Shown: positions 1 through 10,083, counted from the first letter of the stretch. The stretch: DNA of 28,010 nucleotides from Histomonas meleagridis 2922-C6/04-290x (GCA_020184695.1 JAANOX010000089.1:1-28010), one strand, 5' to 3'. Numbers and translations: made by a program. The notes: generated by a model not told the origin, from the letters alone.

Positions 1-1320
1 TTACAAATAATTTTAAAATTAAAAAGAAATCTATAAGAGGGAAAGTTGGTTGACAGTGTCTTTTCAAAAACGATTCATCACTAGTAAGTATTTCCATTCT
101 AATTCATCATGATTTCCAACTCAAATCTCTCAGGATTATTAATATAATATTATTACTATTATATATAATATTACTATTATATATAATATTACTATTATAT
201 ATAATATTACTATTATATATATTATTACTATTATATATATTATTACTATTATATATATTATTACTATTATATATATTATTACTATTATATATATTATTAC
301 TATTATATATATTATTACTATTATATATATTATTACTATTATATATATTATTACTATTATATATATTATTACTGCTGGACAATGTGGCTCCACTGTTATT
401 TCAAGAAGCAACACGTTTATTCTCGACCATGGTAATGCGACTTCATTATACTTAATTTGGCCTTTATCTTTTAGCAAATCGTAGACTTCAGGATAGCGTT
501 TGACATCATGTAGCCATTTGCTATGGGTTGTTATCAATTTACTCAAAAACAAATTGGTTTGAATCGTCGTTATCAAATTGCTTTCTTAAGAAATTGCTTC
601 GTCTGTTTTGGATTCTTCCCACTTTAACATGCTTTCATAGTAATCAAGCTTGATATTGAGTTTGAAATTTTCTTTAATTTTCGATTGAAGATAATTTAAT
701 GTCAAAGAAGTAATTGAAAAATCTTATATATTTCTGATCAGTTTTTGCAATATATGTATTTAATTATGCATTGTTTCTTGCACTCATAAATAAATCGATA
801 AACAGATTAAAAATCATTAATATCTCTTTGGTAATCGCCTGAAATAACAGGAAATATTTTGTTGATATTCTCTTTTTGTATGACTGAAGCCTTTTTATTC
901 GATTTATCATAATCATTATTACTTTGAGAAGAAATGCTTTTTTACCATTTATCTTAGAAAAAACGTTTTTAAATCGTTTGTAATCCATTAATTTCCATGA
1001 GGAAGATGTTCCGTAAATTGTTCCCGAATTCATTATGATTTTGTTTAATTTATTGAATTTAGTAATTCTTGTAAACAATGAAGCTTATGATGATTAATTT
1101 TTGGATCATTTGTCTATTCTTGCAACTTCTTCCCAAAGTCCCAATTATTCGCTTAAAACGTCCTTTTGGCGTATCAAATCCCAATTTTTCTGCTTTCCTC
1201 AGAACACTACCTTTAACAAGTTTAAATCCCAATTTTTGGTTAATCTGTAGTATTCGATTGCTCAAATCCAATTGCCCCTCTTTCATAGAACAGGGTGCCC
1301 CAAAACGTTACAAGGTTAAT
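1..1320 (-). pseudogene. Degenerate coding remnant, tentatively the FAT region of a PIKK (TOR-like) kinase
   Basis: Protein-like segments in changing frames, broken by many stops: GNWI*AIEYY, LGLWEEV, SSSWKLMDY, FQAITKEI, YYESMLKWEESKTDEAI, HSKWL..YPEVYDLL, ALPWSRINVLLLE. Their order resembles TOR FAT motifs (W..AL..Y, LG.W, AAW.L, Q.L.ELEE, YMKNMWK..IDA, LGEWQ, WAVMN) as recalled from memory; no search was run. Confidence 0.45.
149..373. repeat. 18-nt tandem minisatellite, about 12.5 copies
   Basis: Unit ATTATATATATTATTACT; minus strand reads SNNIYN x9, SNIIYN x3 and a partial copy. It explains the 107..382 ORF and the VIIYII tail of 139..576. Confidence 0.95.
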
Positions 1321-1364
1321 TGGTTTGTTTCATTTTTTTTATAGCTATGATTTCGCTAAAGCAT

Positions 1365-1556
1365 ATGCCTATTGATGATACTATAAACACAAGAGATAAA
1401 AATTTGAATAATTTTCCAACCTGCTTGAAATTCCTAATTGAGATTGAGAAAACTATATTTGATTTAACCGAAGAAAACTTTCAGCCGTCCATTAAAAAAA
1501 TATTGGAATTATTCGATTCAAATTATCCCTTTACGTTTCTTCTAACTGCTATATGA
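1365..1556 (+). pseudogene. N-terminal fragment of the same ankyrin family as the 18936 gene
   Basis: LKFLIEIEKTIFDLTEENFQPSIKKI aligns with LNQLEAIEHIIFGLSKENISQSVDLI of the 18936 protein (11/26 identical by eye). It then runs into inverted ankyrin repeats. Confidence 0.55.
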
Positions 1557-1570
1557 AGTGCTGTTTCAAA

Positions 1571-1598
1571 TTATTAAAACATATTACAGATTATTAAA
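1571..1598 (-). other. 28-nt non-canonical intervening sequence in an ankyrin repeat
   Basis: Sense sequence TTTAATAATCTGTAATATGTTTTAATAA; contains an in-frame TAA and shifts the frame; removal gives NIH|FETAL. Exact ends are ambiguous by a few nt. Confidence 0.7.
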
Positions 1599-1700
1599 AT
1601 GAATATTTTTTGCATTAACATCAATTCCTTCTTTATCTAAAAGTAATTTTACTATTTCTATATTATTATTTCTAATTGCTATATGAAGTGCTGTTTCAAA

Positions 1701-1728
1701 TTATTAAAACATATTACAGATTATTAAA
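1701..1728 (-). other. 28-nt non-canonical intervening sequence in an ankyrin repeat
   Basis: Identical to 1571-1598 and at the same repeat position. Confidence 0.7.
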
Positions 1729-1830
1729 ATGAATATTTTTTGCATTAACATCAATTCCTTCTTTATCTAAAAGTAATTTTACTATTTCTATATTATTATT
1801 TCTAACTGCTATATGAAGTGCTGTTTCAAA

Positions 1831-1950
1831 TTATTCAAACATATTAAAAATTATTAAAACATATATAAAATTATTAAAACATATTCCAAATTATTAAAAC
1901 ATATTCCAATTTATTAAAACATATATAAAATTATTAAAATAACCTAGAAT
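1831..1950. repeat. 20-nt minisatellite, 6 units, made of the ankyrin-insert module
   Basis: Plus-strand units TTATTAAAACATAT(TCCAAA/ATAAAA) start at 1831, 1851, 1871, 1891 and 1911, with a degenerate unit at 1931. Minus-strand consensus TTTGGAATATGTTTTAATAA abuts the first ankyrin segment. Confidence 0.9.
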
Positions 1951-2221
1951 AAATATAGCGCTATATCAGTATCATAAAGAAATCTTTTGAAAAATGTTGA
2001 GTCGGAACTACTCTTTTTCTCTTAATGAACTTTGGATTAATGATTCGAAGACATGGATATTCCTTTGCATGTGTATTTATAGTTTCATTTTTTTTTATTT
2101 TTTATTTATAATATGTATCAACAACACAATGAGTAATGCTATAATTATAACTAAAATAGAATAAATTCATTTATTATTATTAAAGTGCATAGAAAATTCT
2201 CTTTTTTTTAAGTTTAATATT

Positions 2222-5200
2222 TCATGCAAAGACAGAAGGTGCTCCAATATCGCTCAGTAAATCCTTACCAATCTCCTCTATAGTTTGATTCGAAGGTATA
2301 AAAGCGATTGGGTTCATATAGTCATAACTTGGTTGTTGTGCAACATTTGCAAATGAGAAGATACTTGGAATCTTTTCTGTTTTTGATGCAGCCGATCCGA
2401 ATTGTTTTAATGTTGCAGACTTTAAGCTACTAAATGATCCAACCTTTGAACCCAAATCAGAGAAACTATTTTCTTCTGCCAACGATGGGAAAGATTGCGA
2501 GTACTTTTTGAGTAAACCAAAGAAATCCTTAGCCGGCGGTTCCACGTCAGTTTTCAATATATCGTCGTAACCGTCTTCATTCAAATCGATACTTTGACAC
2601 ACGACACATTGAACTTTGAATTTGTTTTCATTCCAAATCGTAAACGGCTGCGCGGTTACTCTTTCAGCAACAGTATGAACAGTATTAAAGAATGGACATG
2701 TCATATAACTTAAGTCGGCTATAACCATTGGAGGGAACAATGTAATGTTTTGGAAAAGTGACTCGTCACTATTTTTAACTTCGATAAAGTTATAATTTTT
2801 AGCGAAATAAATTTTCGGTAATTTTTTAGTTTTATTTTCTCTTGATATTAATCCGCCATTAGTATTTAATGACTGTAAAAGATGTGACATTGAAGAAGAG
2901 TTAATGTTCATATTAATGATTGAGCCAGCAAAGAATGCAATGTTTTCTTCATTATCTTGAATCTTATAAATGAAATTAGCACAAAAGTCATATAAATTAT
3001 TTTCGATTTTCTTGTTTGAATAAGAACGAATCATTTTGGAGAATATCTTAAGTAAAATGTTTTGTGATTTTGTACTTAGTTTAGAACAATCGACATCAAT
3101 TTTTGTAGATATGTTTTTAGTTTTAGTTTCAATGATATTAATTGCATTAATTAATATGTTAAATACTATATCAGAATCATCATGTGAATAACCAATCGAA
3201 TGTAATTCGGGTATTGATAATATTTTTATGATTTCATTCACAAGTTTTGGTGTATCTTCATCAAATTCGATATTCGATATTAATGGAATTATACCATCGA
3301 ATTCAAATGGTACATTATTCGAATCATTTAATATTAATAATTGGAAATTCTTATGATTTAATAAGTTAATTAAAATGTTTAAGATATCATTAGTAAATTG
3401 TGAAGTTTCATTCATATTATAACCTAAAAATGATATTGAAGTCCAAAAGATATCAATTCGTGGTGTAGTATTAGAGACGATTTTTAATAATTTCGTCATG
3501 TATTGTAACGCTAAATTATAATCCGGCTCTTTATTTATGTCTAATACTTGATAAGTCCATGGCATTTGAGATAATGATATATTATTACTTTTCTCATACA
3601 TAAATCTAGAAATTACATAAAGTGTTTGGAATATTGTATCAATTGTTTCATTATTAGGTTTAATCTTTAACCATAAATATACATCTAATGAATTACTTGC
3701 TAATTCTAATTCACCACAACATAAACCCCATGCTAAACTATCAATAGATATATTATTTTTAATTTTTGGATTTAATTCCATGAAATAATTCTTTAATTTG
3801 GTTTCATCTAAGAAATTAAAATCTAATAATTCATGTAATACTAATGATATTTCTTTTATATATATTTCATTGTTATTAAAGATATAATAAAATAATAAAA
3901 ATAATGGAATATGTTGTTTTAATGGTTGTGGATTTTCTATTGCACAAAGTTGTAATACTTTTAATGCAAATTTTATTGATTCTTGATAATTATCAAAATC
4001 ATCTTCTTTATCATTTTCTATTGTTTTATCTTCAATTGTTGATGATAAATTCTTTTTATTATCACTACTAATAGCATTAAAGAATTTATTTAAGTCAAAG
4101 AATTGATCCATTTTATTAAATTGTACTTGATAATAATGCCAAAAATCATATTTAAAGAATGATATTAATTCATTAACAATTTTATATGGATCAATAAAGA
4201 ATAAGAAAACTAAAATGTTTTGGAATTTATCCATAATTTCTTCATTATTAGTAATACTTGTAAAGATTATAATACAAATAAAATGTATAATATTAATTGA
4301 ATCTTCTGTTTGTTCATTAACTAATTTACCAAATAATTCTAATGAATCAACAGTAATTTTTAATGATATTAAATCTTGAATTAATGTATAAGGTGTATAA
4401 GACGTAAATATTGGTTCTGATAATTGAAATACATTTGCTTTATCACTTGAGAATTTAACATTTTTAATCCATGGTAAGATGATCTTAACCATAGATTCTT
4501 TCTTTACTGCTAATTTTAATGCGAATTTAATAAATTGTTCAGTACAAAATGGAAAATCATTTGCTAAACTATTACTTAATTCGATACATGGTAATAATGA
4601 TACATTTGATAATTTGGAATCAATATGTTGATATAAATAATCGATCTTTTTACTACTTTCAATGTTTGGATTTTTCTTTAATATAGAAATTCCAATTATT
4701 AATGGTATTAATATTCTAAATGAAGCTCTTCGTAAATCGAAATCTTCGGATAAGAAATAATAAAAACATAATGCAAATAATGCGCCACAATTTGCATATG
4801 TAAAATCATTATAATCTTTATTAGTTTTATCATCATTTATATAAATCTTTTCTAATGTATCTAATGCATGTTTAATTGATGTAAATGATTGGAATTGTAA
4901 TGAAATTGCTATGAAATAATTTGGGTTTTCTAATGATCTATTAACATAATCACAAATTTGTAATTTATAATATTGGATTAATAAAATTGATAATATTTCA
5001 GGTGAATCTTCAAATAATTTTATGTTTTTTACAAAACTACTATATAATGATTCAAATGGTAATTCGAATAATGTTAAAATTGATGTTAATGTAGTTTTAG
5101 CTGCTTTAGCTATAGTATTAGTACCAGATGATACATTAATCATAAAGATTAACCATCGATATTGATTCGGATGAATATTCATAAATGAAGTTCGAAATGG

Positions 5201-8122
5201 TATATTTAAAAATGGTCCTTTATAATTAATTTCACATTTAGTATATATAATATCAAATAATACTTTTGTGAAATCAAAGAAATCAATTAAATGTCGTTCA
5301 GTAATACTATCACATTTAGGATGTGAAAATGTTAATGATGATTTAGAGAAATCTTTACTTTCGAATTCAAAGAATAAATTATTAATGAATTGAAAGATTT
5401 CTGTGATTTCTTCTTCTGTTTTACGTATTTCATTTGAATCAAATCGTAATCGAATTGAATATAAAAATGCATAATATAATGAAGAAGGTATAAATTTAGA
5501 AGTTTTTTCATTATTAGCGATTCGAACTAATTTAATACATACTTCATGATTAATACATGATAATAAAGCAAATTGTGATTGAGGATATTCTTCGACTTTA
5601 TTATATCTAGAAAAATCTTTAATTAAAGGTAAAAGTTTATCTAATTCATCACCAGAAGAATTTAATGAATTTAATAAAAAGATAATTAAATTAGTTATAA
5701 AGACATGATCCGCTTTCTTATCAAATCCTCCACCTATAGCTGATACTAATATATTAATAATAATTTCTCGAATTTCATTAATATTACATAAGTTTTGATT
5801 TTGATTAAATTGTGATGCAAATGATGCTAAATAAAATTGATAAATCGAATTAAACTTACTTAACATTACATCAATAAATGGAATCTTTTGTCCATCAGCT
5901 GCTGAATATTTACGATATTTTACGGATGCAAACATATTATTTCTTACAATAGATGACATTTCTTCTGATTTCTTTTGAATTATATTATAAATAGTTTCTT
6001 CTGATTTAAAATGTTCATTAATTAATTGTGATAATTTATAAGATAAATCTCTTATAGCATATTTAGGTGAACATAATCCAATAATAACTACTGAATTTAA
6101 GAAGTTTAAATAATGATCAGGTATATTTTTATATGAATAAATATAAGATTTAATAATCATTGTAACTAATCGAATTGTCATATATAAAGTTTCATTAGTT
6201 GATATGAAATATTCCGGTTTCATAGTTTTAACTTTTAATAATAATGATTCTGCATGTTCTTTGTTAATATAAACTAATGCTTGAATAACTCTTGTAGCTG
6301 CTGCTGATATATGAGGATTATTACAAAAGACTAATGGGAATATATCACTAACTGTTAATTTATCAGGAATAGTAAATGGTATTAAAAATAATGCTTTTGT
6401 TATTATATTAATTTCACTTTTAATTTTTTGTGGTTCATATATATTTAATGTTTGTGAAATTGGATCAAATAATTTAATGTTATTTTCTGGGAAAAATTTC
6501 TTATATTTTTGTATTACATTAGCAATTAATCGTTCTCCTTGAATTACTGGTGTTGATATTTCACTTTCTTCTGGTAAATACATTAATGCAATATCTAATT
6601 TCTTATTATGTAATATAACAGAATCAGAAAATGATATAAAATCGCATATAACTGATTTAGTTGGATCATATTTTAATTCATCATTTAATATAAATTGAAT
6701 TACTGTTTCTCGAAATGCATTCTTTAAATCATCACGTTGATTATCTTTGATTTTAATGTCATACGCTGGATGTATTAATATTCGTAATGCATCAAATATT
6801 GCACCTGCATTAGCTTGAAAGAATTTCTTAGAATTATTATGTAAAAGGATTTTAACTCTATTTTTAATAAAACCAAATATATTTGAAGCTGCAAAATGTA
6901 CAAAGAATTCAGTAAGTAAATCTTGATAATTATTATATAAGTTTGCTTCTTGTTTAAAGATAATATCAAAAATATAATTAAGTGTTTCTTCTTCACTAAT
7001 TACATATTTAGCTTGATATTGTGTCATCTTTGTTGGGACTGGATTATAACATTTACCTTTTAATAATATAATTAATTCTTGTAAAATTAATTGTGTAAAT
7101 TCTGGATTAGAAATCGGTGTTTTCTTCTTCATTTCAATAAATTTCTCGATAAAATGATTAACTTTGGCATTGATCTTAGGATGTTGTGAAAAGCGATAAA
7201 GTAACGTATGAAAGATTCGCGCATAACCTGTATATGATGATTTAATTGGTGTTGATGATAAATTATAAAATTCTAAATAAAGTTTATGCTTGGGAACTTG
7301 GCCTGTTTGATCTGATTGTGCTAAACTAATAACATAATTAGATACAAATTCATAAATAGCATTATGAAGTGGTAAATCTTTCTTAAGAATATCATTGGCA
7401 AATGATATCATTTCGGTTAACTTTTTGAGATGCGTTTGGGCGTTAAGACTGGTGAAATTCACTTTGGAATAGAATTTAAGCGTTTTGATTTTTAACTCAG
7501 AATTTAATTTATTGGTCTTGGATGAAAATTCTTGATTAATAAAATCTATGACTTTGTTAAGAAGTAAATCTCCAATGGTGTCAGATAGCAGGTAAAGACA
7601 ATTGCTCCATTTATCAATCGAGATATATTTATACTTTAAATAAATGGAATCATATGGTTGATTGACAATTTGTGAAATAGCATCAAAGATTTTCTCTCCT
7701 TCAGGAATTGGTGATGTGGAGTTTTCAAGAACAAGTTGAAGAAAAATTGAATTTGCCATTTCAGAGAAAAGATGCATCGCAATTCTCGTACCTTGATCAT
7801 CCCATTTTACGTTCTTAAGAAGAATTGCAAATGTGTTTTTGTTTTCAGGAGGTTTGTTTCCTGAAATTGGAACGATTGGCATTGCTTTTTTGAATGCTTC
7901 AAATGCGGCAAGAGGAGAGCTCGAGGAAAGGGATGCCAAGCTTGAAACTTCTTTTTTTAATGAATTATCGTTTTTCCAAAAATTAAAAAGATATTGGTAA
8001 TGATTGTTAGAAGTTGAATCAAAAGGGGGAAGCTTGTCTAGCATGCGCTGAGCAATATTTCCAAGTGGATAAGAGAATGAATTCAATCTTGTGGAGATTA
8101 ATGATTCAGCTCCACTTGTCAT
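2222..8122 (-). CDS. Giant HEAT/ARM-repeat protein, Furry/Tao3/Mor2-like
   Basis: Uninterrupted ORF of about 1966 aa from the first ATG (8122). Predominantly helical character. SLAWGLCCGELELASNSLDVYLWLK resembles the Furry WA..C..RH.A.RS.Q.FR.L motif. The frame is open 21 codons upstream of the ATG, so the true start is uncertain. Confidence 0.6.
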   Translation of the reverse strand: MTSGAESLISTRLNSFSYPLGNIAQRMLDKLPPFDSTSNNHYQYLFNFWKNDNSLKKEVSSLASLSSSSPLAAFEAFKKAMPIVPISGNKPPENKNTFAILLKNVKWDDQGTRIAMHLFSEMANSIFLQLVLENSTSPIPEGEKIFDAISQIVNQPYDSIYLKYKYISIDKWSNCLYLLSDTIGDLLLNKVIDFINQEFSSKTNKLNSELKIKTLKFYSKVNFTSLNAQTHLKKLTEMISFANDILKKDLPLHNAIYEFVSNYVISLAQSDQTGQVPKHKLYLEFYNLSSTPIKSSYTGYARIFHTLLYRFSQHPKINAKVNHFIEKFIEMKKKTPISNPEFTQLILQELIILLKGKCYNPVPTKMTQYQAKYVISEEETLNYIFDIIFKQEANLYNNYQDLLTEFFVHFAASNIFGFIKNRVKILLHNNSKKFFQANAGAIFDALRILIHPAYDIKIKDNQRDDLKNAFRETVIQFILNDELKYDPTKSVICDFISFSDSVILHNKKLDIALMYLPEESEISTPVIQGERLIANVIQKYKKFFPENNIKLFDPISQTLNIYEPQKIKSEINIITKALFLIPFTIPDKLTVSDIFPLVFCNNPHISAAATRVIQALVYINKEHAESLLLKVKTMKPEYFISTNETLYMTIRLVTMIIKSYIYSYKNIPDHYLNFLNSVVIIGLCSPKYAIRDLSYKLSQLINEHFKSEETIYNIIQKKSEEMSSIVRNNMFASVKYRKYSAADGQKIPFIDVMLSKFNSIYQFYLASFASQFNQNQNLCNINEIREIIINILVSAIGGGFDKKADHVFITNLIIFLLNSLNSSGDELDKLLPLIKDFSRYNKVEEYPQSQFALLSCINHEVCIKLVRIANNEKTSKFIPSSLYYAFLYSIRLRFDSNEIRKTEEEITEIFQFINNLFFEFESKDFSKSSLTFSHPKCDSITERHLIDFFDFTKVLFDIIYTKCEINYKGPFLNIPFRTSFMNIHPNQYRWLIFMINVSSGTNTIAKAAKTTLTSILTLFELPFESLYSSFVKNIKLFEDSPEILSILLIQYYKLQICDYVNRSLENPNYFIAISLQFQSFTSIKHALDTLEKIYINDDKTNKDYNDFTYANCGALFALCFYYFLSEDFDLRRASFRILIPLIIGISILKKNPNIESSKKIDYLYQHIDSKLSNVSLLPCIELSNSLANDFPFCTEQFIKFALKLAVKKESMVKIILPWIKNVKFSSDKANVFQLSEPIFTSYTPYTLIQDLISLKITVDSLELFGKLVNEQTEDSINIIHFICIIIFTSITNNEEIMDKFQNILVFLFFIDPYKIVNELISFFKYDFWHYYQVQFNKMDQFFDLNKFFNAISSDNKKNLSSTIEDKTIENDKEDDFDNYQESIKFALKVLQLCAIENPQPLKQHIPLFLLFYYIFNNNEIYIKEISLVLHELLDFNFLDETKLKNYFMELNPKIKNNISIDSLAWGLCCGELELASNSLDVYLWLKIKPNNETIDTIFQTLYVISRFMYEKSNNISLSQMPWTYQVLDINKEPDYNLALQYMTKLLKIVSNTTPRIDIFWTSISFLGYNMNETSQFTNDILNILINLLNHKNFQLLILNDSNNVPFEFDGIIPLISNIEFDEDTPKLVNEIIKILSIPELHSIGYSHDDSDIVFNILINAINIIETKTKNISTKIDVDCSKLSTKSQNILLKIFSKMIRSYSNKKIENNLYDFCANFIYKIQDNEENIAFFAGSIINMNINSSSMSHLLQSLNTNGGLISRENKTKKLPKIYFAKNYNFIEVKNSDESLFQNITLFPPMVIADLSYMTCPFFNTVHTVAERVTAQPFTIWNENKFKVQCVVCQSIDLNEDGYDDILKTDVEPPAKDFFGLLKKYSQSFPSLAEENSFSDLGSKVGSFSSLKSATLKQFGSAASKTEKIPSIFSFANVAQQPSYDYMNPIAFIPSNQTIEEIGKDLLSDIGAPSVFA

Positions 8123-8454
8123 TTCTTGCAATTTTACTGTATAATAAACTATACAATTTCCAGCAGTTATTTCTGGAGAAGAGGGTTATTTGGTACCCTG
8201 TGAAAAAATTGAATTGGGAAAAAGTAAAGTGAAGAAATCCCGGAGGTTGGAATAAATGGTTCTAAAAAATCAACAACACATTTGAACAAAAATAAGAGAC
8301 AAAAATCACTTTTCAATCAAACTATAATTTGGCATAAAAAAATTCTCTGAAAAAATAAAACAAACGGCAACAGATTTTTAACAAACTCATCAAAATTTCA
8401 TACTAGAGCTAACACATTGCTTAGCTTGCTAATAATGTGACTTATAGATGCCCA

Positions 8455-9049
8455 TCAGTCTTTTTCATCAGATAATTGAGTTAAAATAGAAATTGCTGAT
8501 GCAAGTGAATCCTTTTTAATTGATTGGATAACAACTAAATGGATAAAACTTATGAACTCAAATGGTGCAATCGAAAGCAATGAAAACTTTCAACGCCAAT
8601 AATGATACCATGTTGTAAGTCATCATCCAAAAACAATTCATTATTATCAGCACCTAGAAGACGCCATTGTTCACCAAATAATAACAATGGCCATGAATTA
8701 GAACCTGTTTCTTGGAACCCGAAACCATCAGAAAAATTTTTTATTTTATTCGAATGATATAATAAAAGTAATTTTCGATTTAATGTATGAATTGCAATTA
8801 ATTCCGGATTTAGAAATGCAACTCGTTTTATGATTGGCTTACCTAAATTACTTGTCGAAATAGGTTTCTCGGGATTATCAAAAAGATAAAATGATAAACT
8901 ATCTCTAAAAGCTATAAGTAATTTAGATACAGAAATCGAAATCGAAATCACTTTTTCATTTAATGAAAATGAAAACAAAATTTCGATTTTTTCATTTTTA
9001 ATAGTTAAGCCAGAATTTTTTTTCGATCAAATAGCAATGCATATATCAT
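8455..9049 (-). pseudogene. Hypothetical protein of about 198 aa split by two homopolymer frameshifts
   Basis: ATG at 9049 (MIYALLFDRKK). Adding one base to the T8 run at 9016-9023 joins it to ORF 8550..8978. Adding one base to the A4 run at 8583-8586 continues it as FSLLSIAPFEFISFIHLVVIQSIKKDSLASAISILTQLSDEKD*. Confidence 0.5.
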
Positions 9050-9259
9050 TCGAAAAAATTGCAGAATATATTAGGGGTGTATAGGGGTATTTCTGCCGGA
9101 TAGGAATTAATTCGGTGGCTACACCGAAAATTAAGGTAAACTATGTTCAAATGGAAACAAAGAATCCGACTTTTTGAATGGTATTTCTATCAAAAACGAT
9201 CAAAAGTAGTTATTGTTTTGGCTAATTAACGTACATATAAACGGTTTTGCGCAAAAATT

Positions 9260-9864
9260 TTGACAAAAAACCAAAAAGGGTACAAGGCTTGTATTGTCGG
9301 AGCTCCACTAGTAGGTAAAACTTCTTTAGCAATAACATACAAGCAAGGCGTTTTTCCAAACACCGAATATATACCAACATGCATAGATGACTATCAAAAA
9401 GATGTTAATTACGAAGGAAAAACAATTAAACTAAACATATGGGATATAAGCTGGCAAGTGATGAATATGATGTTATTAGAATATTTCATTATTCAAATGC
9501 CAGTGTTTTTCTTCTATGTTTTTCACTTGTGGATTCACTATCTTTAGAATCTGTAACAAAACAATGGGTTCCAGAAGTAAGACAATACTGTCCTGGTGTT
9601 CCTATTCTTTTAGTAGGTACGAAATCCGATATTAGAGATCAACCAAACGCGAATGATCTTTTTTTTTATGAACCTATTTCTTCAGATAGAGGGCAAGAAA
9701 AAGCAAACGAAATCGGTGCATCTTCTTATATTGAATATTCTTCTAAAAATGGATATAATGTAAATGAAACTTTTCAACTTGCAGTCGAATGTTTCATGAA
9801 AGGGAAAAAATCTAAAACAGACAAACCACGCAATCACAAAAAAGAAGTTTGTAAAATTTTTTAA
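9260..9864 (+). CDS. Rho/Rac-family small GTPase, frameshifted in switch II, no in-frame ATG
   Basis: GAPLVGKTS (G1), EYIPTCIDDY (switch I), LVGTKSD (G4), a Rho insert and C-terminal CKIF CaaX. Deleting A9449 and A9456 joins the two ORFs as WDIAGSDEYD. Confidence 0.85.
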
Positions 9865-10083
9865 AGTTATAAAATCTATGATGTGTTTTTTGATTTAGTT
9901 TAATTTCATTATTCATTGCTCAATACGAAATAATTATTCATTTTGATAAACTGATAGTTAATAGGGAACATATTATATTTTATCAAATTGCAGAAAGAAT
10001 AAAAACATTAAAAAAATAAAATACTTCTTTATGAATAGTAGAAAATTTATACAATCAAAGAATGCATTTTTTTCACTAAAAGT

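Larger units (their letters stand above)
1523..1830 (-). pseudogene. Interrupted ankyrin-repeat array (locus A); no clear start, so fragment or pseudogene
   Basis: 1830-1729 reads FETALHIAVRNNNIEIVKLLLDKEGIDVNAKNIH; 1700-1599 is the same with V to I; 1570-1523 reads FETALHIAVRRNVKG*. Segments are separated by 28-nt inserts. Missed by the ORF track. Confidence 0.85.
1541..1846. repeat. 130-nt tandem duplication, about 2.35 copies (102-nt ankyrin segment plus 28-nt insert)
   Basis: 1541-1670 and 1671-1800 differ at one base (1546 C vs 1676 T); a partial third copy starts at 1801. Confidence 0.95.

Noticed and set aside
1571-1728. Ciliate-style TA-bounded IES excision
   Set aside because: Where TA dinucleotides flank the inserts (locus B), they are offset by one base, so excision would shift the frame. 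Locus A has no 5' TA at that position. No germline/soma system is known for this lineage.
8170-8460. Stop-codon reassignment (TGA or TAA readthrough), suggested by protein-like text after TGA 8455 and by in-frame stops at 600-1320
   Set aside because: Intact genes end in both TAA and TGA (TGA at 2222 and 10084), and no long ORF needs an internal stop to be read through.
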